Part shown: positions 50,101 to 64,000 of the stretch, one piece after another
Layout of the letters: each line of letters opens with the position of its first letter
How positions within the stretch are numbered: position 1 is the first letter of the stretch
From: Ruditapes philippinarum
Lineage: Eukaryota
Assembly (NCBI RefSeq): GCF_026571515.1
Contig: NW_026852595.1
Location: forward strand, 62,001 to 126,000
Direction of reading: 5' to 3'
DNA length: 64,000 bases
Notes under the pieces: generated by a model
What the model was told of the DNA's origin: nothing
Databases searched by the model: none
Seen by the model: the letters and a program-made list of their open reading frames with translations, nothing else
Program-made: the position numbers and the translations under genes

Positions 50101-52992
50101 AAAAGAAGTATACCACGGAACACTAGAATGTCTTTTAAGGTATATATCCGTTTTTAAATAACTGCAACATACAAAATCGATATATGATAAAAGAGTAGAA
50201 TTATATCACTTTATCAAAACAATGCTTAAAAGGGGACAGGTGCTTAAAACAAAATTAGAGAGAGGGAATCTGTGACAAGAAAAAATAATAGCAAAGAGGT
50301 AACCCATGCCGCTAAGAAACAGAAAAATAATGTGTTTATGAATAAAAAATGCAAAGAGTGTGCCCATATGAACATGCACCGTTCTGTAAAACAAAGGTCA
50401 ATGGAAACCTTCCGACTAGTGCATGAGAATAAAAGGATATAAAAAGTGAAAGATAGTCGGTCTGACATAATTATGATTTTCAAGTGAAAAATATTACATT
50501 TTGTTAGGATATTACCATTTTACCGGTTCACCTGCTGCAGACCCTCTATACAGCTATTGTACGTGTTTAAATTTTATTTGTGTCGTCAGACCAAACAAAT
50601 AATGGTAGCGAAATATCAGACCCTGATATGCTTAATTACAAAATTTGCAAGTAGTCCGTCACGAACTCATCGAAGCGGTGAAATCCCTTTATAAGTACAT
50701 TAATGCCAAAAATTAAGGGGAGATCACTGCGTAAAGATTGTCAAATGACAGGCGCATTAAATTTCAAACCTTTTAAGAGAAGAAAAAATTGTTCCCTTTT
50801 ATTCGAAGATTTCTAATATTGTGTAATTCTTTTACATTTCCGCAAATTACCGGTAATATATTCATTTTTTTTATTTTTCAGATGAATATTATTTTAATCA
50901 GTGAAAATTGTTCGACTTTTTTTGAAAGCTTCGGATTATTATGATCGCCTAAATGAACATTTGTTATTTAGACTTTCTACGTTTTGCTAAATCATTTCAC
51001 AGATATACGTGCTTATAATAAGCTCCATGATAATTAAAATTAGTGTAACACAAAAGGTTTACCGTGAACAAAATATCTTGAAATAAATAAGGATTACAAA
51101 CTCTAATTTATAATATTGTGGTTTTGTTCAGGCTGTTTCTTATATCTAAACCCATGGTCCAGGGGTTACACACTCGTTTTGAAAGCAAGAGGTCTGTGGT
51201 TCAAATCCCAGTTACGGCCAATCATGTTGTGTTTGTGTGTGTTTTTTTTTCTTTAAATTGTTTAAGCCAAATAAACATTGAATTGAATATCAGTGTTGCA
51301 ATAAGCCTTAAAGTTAATTTACTACAGTTATAACCCAGGAAACAGCATTTCTGACACTATCAAAAACAAATACATTAACCTTTCTGACATTCTTTGACCC
51401 AAACAAATTCAGCGCCTTCTGTGCTTTGATTTAGGGGTACATGATATAATGTAAGTGAAGTAAATTGAGATCTTGATTATTTCTATCTTACAAATGCTCA
51501 TGAGTTCGTTTCATGAATTTTTATATTTTACTCAAATTAATAAAATGTAGGAGGTATCGAGTGGAATGGTCACAAACACCAACATTCGGATAGACGGACA
51601 CATATGCAATTCTTGTTACAACCTTGCCTTGCTATAAAGCGAGGTTGAAAGGTAAAATGTGTAGTCTCGGGGCAAAACAAGCTAGATAGAGCAGATACAG
51701 AACGATTTTTAGGCACATTTATTCCGGTTTAGCCGACAGAGTTAATGTAGTGGTAGGGTTCATTTATAGTAGACGCTCGATGAGGTTATCTATTTATTCA
51801 GGCACAAGAGGAAAATGTAAAAAGAATTTACAAGACAAATAACAAAGAGAAATATTTTGCAACAGAAAATTCATAAATAAAATATTTCACAATGACAATG
51901 ATGCTTTGAATGCAATGAGAAAAGTGGTCAGTTATCACGAAATATTAAAGCCATCCCAGAACCAAATCAGGTACAAATAACTTTCGTGCAAAATAAATCA
52001 TCTAAGCCATTCATAATGGAAAATTAAATACCAGATGATAACAAAATGGACGACAAAACTAAAAAAGGAGCGCCTACGCGCACAATATCCGGGGTGTTTT
52101 TGTCGGGTTACATTATAATAAGATTGAAATACTAAGCTCGGAAACAGTATGTATGCTTCTGTGAGCTAAGTAGCATACGGAATATTTCTCTTAAGAAAAG
52201 AAACATTAGTTCTATTGTATTGTTCAAGAAGGAGTCTCAGAAAAAAGAAATAGAAATCTAAATCAACACACATTCAATACCATTCTGGCTGAATGGCAAG
52301 TTCTAGCATTTTTTTGAAATTCTAATAGTTGTACAAGTTTCAATCTTTGAATGTAAGACGAAAATTTGTCGGATAACCATGTTAAATGTTCCGTAAATAC
52401 TACAGTACATTCTGTAGTGTGAACAGAATAATTATCGTGGATAACCGTCGGTTGTACTGAACTTATTAATGTCAATGATTAGATAGCTAAACGTTTCAGC
52501 AGTGATGATACAACTCAAAAACAAAAAGTAATTATAAATGGGTAAAATAAAAATATATATTGAACTACTTCTATATTTAGCTGAGTGAAAATTATTCAAT
52601 TGAAATAAATGTCTAAACATTTTTTTGACAATATTGTTAGTATGGTTGAATCACATCTGTTCGCTTCCAACTGCAAAAGTACAGACGTCTATTCTAAAAA
52701 TGGCTTTCGCTTTACTCTCAAAACAATAGCCTCTCGCCTTTCTTCTGTCAGCTTTAATAAAGCATTGCAAAAGACACTTTTTAATAAAAGAATTCTTGTT
52801 TCAAAAGAATCTTCACTTTTTCATATTATGGTAACATAATGCAAACATACGAAAAAAAAGACTTAAATTTTCAAAATAATGAACGACAATGCATGCACAT
52901 TTATTTATATATTTATTCTTTAATTATCTATCACAAATGTAAATTATCTTAGCCTGTGTCAAATATCTGTTTGTTATTTTTGTCATTCACAT

Positions 52993-54076
52993 TTAGTACT
53001 TTAGGCTAGTTTCATCATTTAAATGAAGCAATCGTTCAGCTACTATTTTGTACTTAATTTCGAAAGAAAGGTTTTGAAACATTTTCATGCAGTCCATTTT
53101 TATATCACCAAATGTTTCATCTCCTGTTTTATCGGAAACAGAAGGTTCGTTTCCATAGCGCGTTCTTGGTGATTCTTTTTGTCCATTATTATAAAGAATG
53201 TGCCCAAACTTTGCTATAATTTTTACTGCAAACTCAACTACATCATTATAGCTTAGTTCATGTGCTTTTGCTACTATCCGAAGACATTGTCTGAGATATT
53301 CAGTTTGGTAAAGATAATGATATCCCTTTCCTCTCGCCTGATCTAATGAAGCCTGTAACCAAGTCATCATAGTTTCTTTGCATTTTTTTATGACTGACGT
53401 TACTTGATATTCTTCAGCAATGCCCATGATCCGTAGGACGTTCGTTTCTAGAAACAACAAGAAAAAAGCTCTAGATTATATGATGAAAACAGACGCATAA
53501 GATGTATCTGTGATATTCCGTTGGCAAATGATATGAATGATTGTCATATGCTTTCATTTTTATACCCAAGCTTTCAAGTACCTTTCAAAATAAAATGATC
53601 AGCTCTCGTTCGCATTTATATTTGTTCTTAGGTGAAATTTATTCTTTGAATTGTTCTTATCGTAATAAATTAACTTCTTGCTGTAGTATTAGTCATTATT
53701 CTTGATAATTTATCAAATACTGATCTTCCTTACATTTTAAATGTAAAATGTTTGAACTAACCTTTAACCGGCTTGGAAATCCTCGGGTGAATGCAAAGCA
53801 GAAATTCTAGAAAATCGTCGTAATTTTCCCTGTCAATGATACGCTGTTTTCCTTCTTTTCCTTGCAGTCATGATCAAACATTGCCTTGAAAACTGGCGAG
53901 GCGTATCGTAGAAAGTTTTTCGAAACAAAAAGTTTGTTGTTGTTATCAAACACCAACGTAATCTCATCATCACATTCTCCGCTTTCTGTAAATGCTTCAG
54001 GCATATCGATTTTGTTTATACTGCTATTTTCTAATTCCTTGACTTGACTTGACTCTAATTTCTTGTCACTGCTCAT
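52993..54076 (-). pseudogene. BTB/POZ gene copy E, single homopolymer frameshift (possibly intact)
   Basis: Exons 53762-54076 and 52993-53447. T4 at 53824-53827 where the paralogues have T5; otherwise open. Confidence 0.8.
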
Positions 54077-56273
54077 TCTTAATTGTTTTTAATTACTTCC
54101 GTTTGAATTTAAGTTTAATAGAACGTAAATGTTGATGAACAATAGATGATTAAAGTGTAAATTCATGTTTTAAAACAGAAATTTGAAAGTTTTTTCAAAT
54201 TATCTGAAAAACTACTTTCGGTTTTAAAAATCTCAATCGGAATACCTTAGCATAATATCAAGGATCGAAAAGTTGCGTTTGAAAAAAGTCTATTTATATC
54301 CTTATCAGTGTTAACTCGTACCACTTGACAAGGTAATAAAATAGTTTTTAATGTATTAATATGTAACATTTCTGACTTGATGGGTTCAATACATGTATCG
54401 TAACAAAAATGCTGAATGTACATACGTAATGTGATAAAGTATAACGGAATGTTGTTTTTGATCCGAAAAAAGGTTTATTATTTTAAAAGTTTGGAGAGCT
54501 TGTAAGCTGAAACTTCCTTATTGATTCAGCCCTAAAGAGAAAATATATTTGATTTTTATGTAAATATTCACTTAAAGAAGAGTGATATGTTGATTCTATC
54601 AATGCAATTACCAAACAAATATCTGGTTACGATTTTGATAAGAATATGCACAATTTATTATAAACATTATAATTGTATTGATTTAAATCACATGTATACA
54701 TATCTTTTTTATTGTTTTCATAATAAGTAATTCTACATGTATTTCTAATAACTAATTGACTAAACGTTCTCATCGTAGTAATAAATATAAAAAAGAGCTG
54801 TAGAAACGTGTATTTTATATATATATTGTTTAGGTTATTAATAGAAATGAGACTTTACACTGTCTTAATACTATTTTTTATTTTGCTCGATTCAGGGTGC
54901 CAATGGTTTTGATAACGCGACATGACACTTGTTTTTCTACGCTCTTAATATCCAAAATTGCCAATTGGAATTTGAACCCGGTATATAATTATACTGTTGT
55001 AACAATACTCACGTGTCCGTTTATGACTTAAGTAATTGACGGAGGTGCACCCAATGTCTTTCTGGAAAACCGCCATATGAACTATATTGTGTTGGTGTGA
55101 CGTGAAACCCAACCAACAACAAAAATACTGACAATACAATTTGATCTAGCATGTAAAATAGATAAAGACAAAGGGGCTGTATAATAAAGTTACTATAATT
55201 CACTGGTCACGACAATTGTCTCACTTGTAGAAATATGTTAAAGTTTGATCTTAGTAGAGAAATCTGTAACAGGGGCAGGAATTTCGCATATCTTCAGGTA
55301 TAAAACATGAATACAGTTATGTTGAATACAGTTGATCTATGACGTGTTTTACGTTTACATAATACTTTTTTCAATATTAATTATATGTTTAAAATATGAA
55401 AACAAATGTATATACATTAATATGATAAAGGTAAACAGAATACATTCAGAGTAACAACTTTTATCAATTCAAAGCTTTTGAAACGGAATATCAATCACGT
55501 ACTTTTTGTGTTGCAAAACGTAAGGGCAAAGAGATACATGAGAAATTAAAATGCCTTTGATTGAAATCTTGACTATTTTACCTTCAAAATGCGATTAGAC
55601 ATGGTTTCGGTTAGTTTTATATTAGACTTAAGTTCATCGAGTGTAGGAGGTATCGTGTAATGGACAGAAACATGGACCTTAGAACAGAACCTCTACATTA
55701 TACAATTCTTGTTTCACCCTTGCCTTACTACATATCGAAGTTGAAGGGAAAGATTGGTAGTCCCAACGCTCAAATGTGCTGGATAGGGTTGTTCAAGAAC
55801 GATTGGAAACAGATTATTTCGGTTTTGCCGACAAAGTTAATGTAGTGGTGGGTTTTTTTACAATAGACACTCTATGAGGTTGACTATTTATTCAGGTACT
55901 AGAAGAATCTATAACAAATTAAATGATTGTAAGACATTTACCAGAGAGAACTATTTTACAATAGAAATTTCATTAATTACATATTTCACAATTAAAAAAA
56001 TACTATACATGTAAAAACATTATAAACATTTCACATTTCAAATTAAAGTAAATGTATACATACAACGTTTAATGTAGAAAATCACTTAAAGCTTTATCAG
56101 TTATAATATGAATCTATCAGCCTAAATACTATTAATTAATTAATTAATTTTGAATGATTAACATAATTAATTAATTAATGTTTTTTATTTTAATTTATTT
56201 CATCATTTCTATTGTATGGCGACTGTCAAGTTATCTTAGGCAGCGTCAACATAATTGTGTTCATTTACATTAA

Positions 56274-57343
56274 TTATTTAACACTGCCTTCATCATTCAA
56301 AAGAAGCAATCGTTCCGCAAATATTTTGCATTTAATTTCGAAGGAAAGGTTTTGAAACATATTCATACAGTCCATCTTTATATTACCAAGGGTTTCATCT
56401 CCTGATTTATCGGAATGATTAGGGCCTAATACAATAAGAATTTTTTCTTGTTGTCCCTTATTATAAAGAATGTGCCCAAACTTTGCTATAGTTTTTACTG
56501 CAAACTTCACTACATCATTATAGCTAAGTTCATGTGCTTTCGCTATTATAGGTAGACAGGGTCTGAGATAAACAGCTTGGTAAAGACAATGACCTCCTTT
56601 TCCTTACGCCTGATCAAATGAAGCCTGTAACCAAGTCATCATCAATTCTTTGCATTTCTTTGTAATTGAAGTCACATGGTATTCGTCAGCAATGGTCACG
56701 ACCTGTAGGACATTTGTTTCTAACAACAACAAAAATCCCAGATAATATGATGAAAACAGACGCATAAAATGTGTGAGATGTTATGTAAATGGTTCTGTGA
56801 TATTCCGTTGACAAATGATATGAATGATTGTCATATTCTTCCATTGTTATACACACTTTCAACTATCTTTCAAAATGAAAATGACCAGCTCTCGCTCGCA
56901 TTTAGAATTGTTCTTCATTAAATTGTCCTTATCGATTTCCCCAAAAATAGTCAACTAACTTTTTGCAATAGTATTAGGTACTCATTATATTCAATAATCT
57001 ATCAAATTCTGATCTTCCTTACATTTTACATGTGATATGTTTGAACTAACCTGTAATCGGTTTAAAATTCCTCGGGTGAATACAAAGCAGAAATTCGAGA
57101 AAATCGTCGTAATTTTTCCCTGTCAATGATACGCTGTTTTCCTTCTTCTCCTTGCAGTCATGATCAAACATTGTCTTGAAAACAGGCGAGGCGTATCGTA
57201 GAAAGTTTTTAGAAACATACAGTTTGTTGCTGTTATCAAACACTAACATAATCTCATCCTCACATTGTCCTCTTTCTATAAATGCATCAGACATATTAAT
57301 TATGTTTTTACTGCTATTTTTCTATTTCCTCGTCACTGCTCAT
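56274..57343 (-). pseudogene. BTB/POZ gene copy F, disrupted
   Basis: Exons 57051-57343 and 56274-56719. A +1 frameshift at about 57317-57321 (alternative ATG at 57294) and a TAA at 56604-56606 (FDQA*GKG). Confidence 0.85.
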
Positions 57344-59427
57344 TTTTTATATTTTCAATTACTTCCGTTTCAATCTAAGTTGAATAGAACGTAAATGTTG
57401 ATGAACAATAGATAATAAAAGCATAAATTCTAGTTTTAAAAGAGAAATTCATTTGTTTTTCAATCTATCTGAAAAACTACTTTAAACTCAACAGAAAAAC
57501 CTCAGCATTAATATCAAGGATTGACGGAACGAAAAGTTGCGTTTGAAAAAATCTATTGATATCATTATCAGTGTACAAGGTTATAAATATGTTTATGTGC
57601 GGCTTTAACTTGATGATTCAATATATGTATCTAAAAATACTGATTATTTGAAAAGGTAACCTTAAATGTCCATATTGATTCAGCCTGTAAGCAACGGTGT
57701 ATTTGTTTTAAGGTAAATATACACTTGAAGAAAAAATTTATGTTGATTTTACCAATGCAATCACGAGAAACAAATTGAGATAAGTGATAAGTGAATTATT
57801 CTATGTATATTGATTAAGAATACGAAAACTTTTTATTAACAAATAAACGCTAAGTCGCGATAGAGAAAACAGAATATTGTTTAAATGGATATCAACAAAT
57901 ATTACGTTTTCTTGAATGTATAACGGCAAGTTAAAATTTAACATCTCTTTTTTAGAAGTGGTAAAGGTGATTTGCGATGTTCATGGCATAGTGGTTAAGG
58001 TAATTCACTTCAAATAATTTAATAACTTGCCCCATATACCTTTTTACAATACGATTTTCCATAGCAACGAATGTTGCATTTCGCCCATGCGCATGCTGCG
58101 TAGGGCAAAACGCAATAACGATGTCTACAGTCTATCATACTCAGGGTTTTCTATTTGAAAGACCCTGTAATACTTTAAGGCTTTAATAGATGCGATTTCA
58201 TGTTATGTCACCCAAAAAACATTAATTTTGGGATGACTTAAGGCGGTAAGAATTGAAAACGTGAATTTATTTTTAACAGATCTACGAATATGTGCGGGAC
58301 TAATAATTCAATGGTCAAAAAGGGCACACACATGTCGTTTGTTTAAGGTATCATTAGACGACTTTTTCATCAGTAATTTAAATTGAAATAGCAGGGTGTT
58401 ATAGATAAAACTTTATTACCCCTGTATTACATAATATTACACAAGTTGTATTGTACACTTCCTTTGAATAACTGGATTGGTCATGCGGCAAGTGTCAAAC
58501 AGATTGGCAAGCAGTTACGCATTTTAAAATGGTAATTTATTTAACTTTTAAATATACCGATCAATGTTTATGGATTTTGAGAAGGAAAAAATTGTATGAC
58601 GTGCATTAAAATTATCATGTTTTACGAAGAAGCGGATAAAATGTGTGTTATATCTCTTCCAAACAACCCATCTTAACTACTCAAGATTTTGAGAAAAAAA
58701 AATATTCAAAATCTATTTATGTGACTTAATTCTTTTATGTTTGCATCAGTTTAATCATATTTTATTGCTAATATATACATGTAAATATACAGAGAACAAA
58801 TTGATTTCGAAATAACAAATAGCAACAGGGTTGGGCCCAAGTTCTTACAACATTAGCGATCGGCCCTCCCCCTGAAAAATATATTAATCAACATTGATGG
58901 CATTTATATGAGAAAGTGTGACATGTATACATATAAAGCGAACAAAGGAAAAAAAAGACAGATTAACATATAAAAATAAAACAATGTAAGAAATAAGTAA
59001 GACAGAAAAAAATGTATATTTATGTATTTATATAATAACGACAAGGTTAAGGATCCAGCATTTAGCATTATTCGTCATTGGGAGTAAACGTCCATCATAA
59101 ATGTGATTGTCAATTATTTGTGGTACCAGGTTATTAGGATTAATACAATCGGCCGATTTACACAAAAATATCATGTTTGTTTCGAAAACGGTCAGTAGTT
59201 TTGATAAATTTTTGGAACAGCTGCAAATATTTGTTCATTATTGTTAAACAATCTAAAAGAAATTGCTACCCCACAGTAATAGCTCAACATTAAGAGGATG
59301 AAAAATTCTGGTTTCTGCGAAGAGTATAAGTCTCTGAGGTTTAAATAATGGACAGCAAAATATATAGTGCTCGGCATCCTCACAAAGGTTCCCACATATA
59401 CAAGTCGGACTTTCTCTCAAATGATTT

Positions 59428-62400
59428 TTAGTTTAAACAATATTTATTTCTATTGTACAACATAAATATATACAGTAAGCATATACAATCACACTGATAT
59501 ATTTCGTGGATTGGAAAACAAGTCAAATGTGACTTATGTAAATTCCTTTCCACACATAATGTACTTGCAATAAAAAAATATGCACATATTTGGTTAGAAT
59601 AATACAGAAAAGGGAAATCAGAAAAATAGTTTAAAAGAATAGATTTGTTAGAACATTATTATCTAGAGTAGTAGAATAAAAAAACTTCTGTTTCAAGATT
59701 ATTTCATAATATTGGGAGATTACTCCAAACAATTTCTTAAACAAAGTAAAATATTGTTTTTAAACTAGTAGATCTATTCAAATTAAGTTAAAAAAATTTT
59801 CAAATGAATTTTGTTTAGAAATGTTCCGAAAGAAAAAAAGAGACAAAAAATATTTAAATAAAGTTTTGAATTAAGATAAAGAAATAGAAGAATATATGTC
59901 TGGCACACAATATTATCGGGAAGTGATGGACAGAAAAAAGATGATATTAGTTAGTAAACGTTTGGAAGCTAGGATAAACTGTTTTGAACTTTAAGAAATG
60001 ATTTTTTCGTTCGTGTTAAAACTCAGGGCGCTCGTCTCCGTACAAAAGATTGTTAATTGTCAGGGGACATGGAAGGGACGTAAGTACAATGCTTCTGATG
60101 AATAATCATAACGAGGGCATGAAAAAAGAAAAAGTGTGTTTTTTTATGCATGTCTGTCTCTAATTTCGCCACAAACATAATGGAGACTGGATAATAGAAC
60201 TTCTTATGAGTCAAAGGTTCAGGGGAGCTAACAATCTAAACGAAGACGTGCGTGCATTATTTGGCCTATACGACTTCCTAAAACATTAAATAAAGGGAAA
60301 GGCTTTTGTTTTGTTTTTTATTAATGCTTCGTTTTAAAGGCAGCAACAGAAGAGAAATGAAATTTCTTGTATCTAAGCAGGTAGTAAGTTTCCCATTTCT
60401 TATTGCAGAAGGAAGAAAGGAATGAGCTATATATTGTGTTCTTTGAAAGTTTACTTGGTCTGAGATTCTGAGGTGGTAAGAACTCGTGTTGTGTTGGGGT
60501 ACAGAATCAGAGAGATAGTTTGGAGTAATTCCATTGTACATTTTAAAGAAATAAAACTAGTTTATGTTGTTTACCGCCTTTCGGCTAGGGTATCCCAATT
60601 TGCAGGTCAGTTTAGTAATTCACATTATATTGCCATACGTTTTGTTTGCACCTTGTACTAACTTGCTGCCTCGTTTTGAATCTGCTTCAAATATCAATTT
60701 TTTAACATGTTTCGAGGAGTTTATCCCATGTAACATCGGCGTACTCAAGGATAGGGCGATAAAACGACATATACATTCTTTCCAAGCTTGAACGATTGAG
60801 GAGAAATTTAAGAGATTCATTGATGCCTACTCTCTGCCAAGCTTTTCGCAGTATTATAGATATATGAGTATCCCATTTAACATTTTCAGAAAGGGTAACA
60901 CCAAGATGTGTGTGACTTTGTACACGTTTGATTGAAATTCCATTCATTTGAATTGGGGGATGGTTAACTTGTATTATTTTCCTTGAAAATATCATGGATT
61001 CTGTTTTGGACGGATTAAAGGTAACCAGCCAAGCCTTTGACCATTCATGAATTTTTTGAAGGTCGTCATTCCCTGCGGGCTCCGGCCCGCAGGGTATTGG
61101 TACGCGTTTAATTTTTGAGGCATGGAGGAGCACGTGACCTGTTTTCGGTACATGGAGGAGCATGTGATCTGTAAACCGTACATGATTGGTTAATTGACCT
61201 ATTCGAAAACCTAGCTAAATACCGTTTCCCGGTACGTTACGGATTTACCTCTAGGGAATCATTGTATACACACCGGTCTCTCAAATGACCGGTGTACACA
61301 ATGCTAGGGAATTAGTCCGAATTACACCTAATTAAGAACATAACACTATTACGTGATATTTCTAATTTCTATTATTATTTTTACCGTTTAAGGTGGAAAA
61401 ACTTGCATGATGTGTTTGAAAATTATAATTGTGTTTCTTTAAAATCTATCTGAAATTTTACAGACAATAAATTGTTTATAGTGAAAATCCACAGAATTAA
61501 AACATTCGTTTTGTGGCATCTGCCATAATAGATAGAGATATTTTCTGCGTAAACTTGTGTGTTTACTTTATTTTATTTTATTATTTTTTTGCACGGAATT
61601 ATTCATACAATGGTATTTAATCATTTTCTTAAACAGAAATATTGTTTTATTTTCGACCAAGACCAAAGACCTTCTTCTATTGATCGATTATTGTCAACTA
61701 TATTCCTGATACAAACGTTATTTTTTTTTCCCCAAACCATGTTGAAAATAGTTAAATGAAATATCTTTTAAATCTTTATAAATGTTCCCCGCAGGAAACC
61801 ATTTTACTTGTTTAAATGCTTGGCTGCGTCTATGGGATTCTCTACAATGATATAAAGGCTCGTGTCGTCTGCAAAAAGTCGTATGCTCGAATTTACATCG
61901 TTAACGATATCGTTTATATATAACAAGAAAAGCAGAGGTCCGAGGATCGAGCCCTGGGGTACGCCAGCATTAATTGATGACCAGTTAGAAGAACAATTAG
62001 CATATACAACGCGTTGTTTGCGATCAGAGAGATAGGAAGTGAACCAGTTAAGAAGGGAGCCGTTTATTCCAATTGAGGTAAGCTTATGTAAGAGACCTCG
62101 ATGCCATACTCGGTCGAATGCTTAAGAGATATCGCAAAACACAGCGCGAACCTCCAAGCCTTCATCAAGAGCCTTGCAGATATCGTTGTATATGTATGTA
62201 ATTTGATTAATGGTGGAGTCACCTTTGATGAAACCGGATTGATAAGACGTGAGGAGGTTGTTGGTAATAATATAGTTGTACAAGTATTTGTGAATACACC
62301 TCTCCATTAGTTTACCCAACAGCTTAAGATAGAAATGGGTCGGTAGTTCGAAGGCTTAGATGGGTCATTCTTTTTAAATATAGCAGTGACATTGGCTATT

Positions 62401-64000
62401 TTCCAGGAGGTAGGAAAGGTACATTTTGTAAGTAATATGTTGAAAAAGTCAGCCAAAGGTTTAGACAGAACAGTAGATCCTTCTCTCAATAATCGGGGAT
62501 GAATAAGATCTGGCCCACAGGCTTTCGATGGGTCAATTAACGAGATAGCATCTCTGACATCTTCTTCTGTAATTGTAATTTGGGGAAGAGATGAGTTTGT
62601 ATGCAAATTCAGATTTGGGAGTTGTGTGTTTTGAGCGTCAATGTTTGATTGTGTACAAAAGAAATTATTTAGAAGTTCTACCTTCTCTTTGTCAGTATTT
62701 GCAGAAATTCCGTTATCACAAAGAGGACTGGGATTGCTGGTTTTGATTGTTTTTGTGTGAAAGATTTTGTCAGTTTAAACCAAATTTTTCGTTGAAGTAT
62801 TTGATGAGTTTATTTGTTCAATTAATTTATTTTTATATTCATTCTTACTTTTTCTTATTTGTTTGGTAACCGCATTTCTGATTGTTTCTAAATTGTTTGC
62901 CAAGATAACTCTGTATTCATCTGTTTGCTTTTTGTGGGCCTTTTTTCGTTTTCTTATTAGTTTACGTTATTTTGTTGGTCATCCATGGAATATCATGTGG
63001 TCTTATTGTTACTATTTTGTTAGGAATATTGTTGTCTGCGGCATTTAATATGGTACTAGTTATTTGGTTGACTGTTTCATCTATATCATTGTCAATATTT
63101 ATTATGGATTGCCAGTCTGCTGAGTTTATTTCATTTCTGTAGCCAGAGTAATCACCCCTATCATAAAGCCATATTTTGCGTTTGTATGTGGTACCCTTTG
63201 GTTTCGAAAATTTCATTACTGATACGATTGGACAATGAAAACGAATAACATCTGGAATAAATGGGTCTGCAACAAAACTTGTTAAGATATGATTTGTGTT
63301 CTTTACAAACATTACATCGAGCAATGAGCAAGAGCTTTCTGTAAAGTGGGTTGGTGTAGTAATAAGTTGTTCTGCATTGTAAGAGGCTATAAGATTAGAC
63401 AGTTTGTTTGACAATTAGAATTTTAGAAGATTAATGTTTAAAATCGCCAGCAATCAGGATATTGTCAGATCTCTCAAAAAATGCTTGATCTATACACTGT
63501 CAAGAAGAAGCCAAATGCTGATTGTTAGAGTCTGGGGGTCTATAAATACCACCTAGAAAGAAGTTTACGACTGTTTATATCAAGTTCTACCATACACATT
63601 CGATACCACGTACAGATAAATCAGAATCTTGTATTAAATCTTAAGCCCTCTCTAACATAGATCGCTACTCCACCACCGACTCTGTCTGATCTGTCGCAAC
63701 GAACCGGGAGCATTGGAAATTTGGTATTTCAATGTCATTGTTATGCCACTTCAGGACGCAGCCAGGTTTTTCAGTAAAAAATAAGAATATCATATGGCTG
63801 TGTTTTCGAGTTCAAGTATATCAAAAGCTTAGGTCTAGACTCTGAATATTTAAAACACATAATACTTAACCCACTATTTATTAAGCTCAGAAATAGAAGA
63901 TGCAAAAGATAGTCCGGTGCTGGAGTTGCTTTCAACAGATGGACCAGGATTACAATGAATATCCCCAGCACAAAATTAATATAATTGAAAGCCAGTGAGG
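59428..64000 (-). mobile_element. Decayed CR1-type LINE, runs off the window end
   Basis: Endonuclease fragments, KACGPD, NYRPISILS, QSGF, VFCDIS, GVPQGSILGPLLFL.YIND, FADDTSLY, LEYAD, C-terminal FFSCPRY..LLYGD..SKRF* and a 3' end with aataaatattgtttaaa. Many frameshifts. Confidence 0.9.
61071..61812 (-). mobile_element. Helentron-associated (HINE/pearl-like) non-autonomous element
   Basis: On the minus strand it starts AACAAG, has a subterminal ttcctgcggg, an internal 30-bp tandem repeat (61121-61184) and a 3' hairpin ccctgcgggc-cgga-gcccgcaggg. It sits at an AA/TT site that splits the CR1 RT motif KHL|NDDLQ. Confidence 0.75.

Noticed and set aside
60702-61163. 153-aa ORF
   Set aside because: Chimera of HINE sequence and a CR1 RT fragment.
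1-64000. CRISPR arrays or prokaryotic defence operons
   Set aside because: No regular repeat-spacer arrays; the sequence is eukaryotic, with spliceosomal introns.

Overview
AT-rich, intron- and repeat-rich animal DNA. The SINE types and gene content suggest a bivalve mollusc (inference). No prokaryotic features, rRNA or CRISPR arrays were found. (1) 857-16082 (-): an 8-exon alpha-1,6-fucosyltransferase (FUT8/GT23)-like gene with no SH3 domain, a 1-nt frameshift and a premature stop. Its 8.9-kb intron holds an intact single-ORF L2-type LINE nested inside an older decayed LINE. (2) About 17.4-24.7 kb: Gypsy pol remnants and a complete but mutated Sola2-type DNA transposon whose transposase gene has introns. 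(3) About 25-58 kb: a tandem array of six two-exon BTB/POZ genes (-). One is intact, one is truncated to BTB-only and four are disrupted. They share an upstream IRF/ISRE-like motif and a hypervariable C-terminal loop whose changes are almost all non-synonymous. Each repeat unit also carries decayed exon-like blocks that may come from a second, FN3/receptor-like gene. (4) About 59.4-64 kb: a decayed CR1-type LINE (-) with a 2A-like motif, interrupted by a Helentron/HINE-like element. The best candidate for a new system is an IRF-inducible, rapidly diversifying BTB (putative Cullin-3 adaptor) immune gene cluster.
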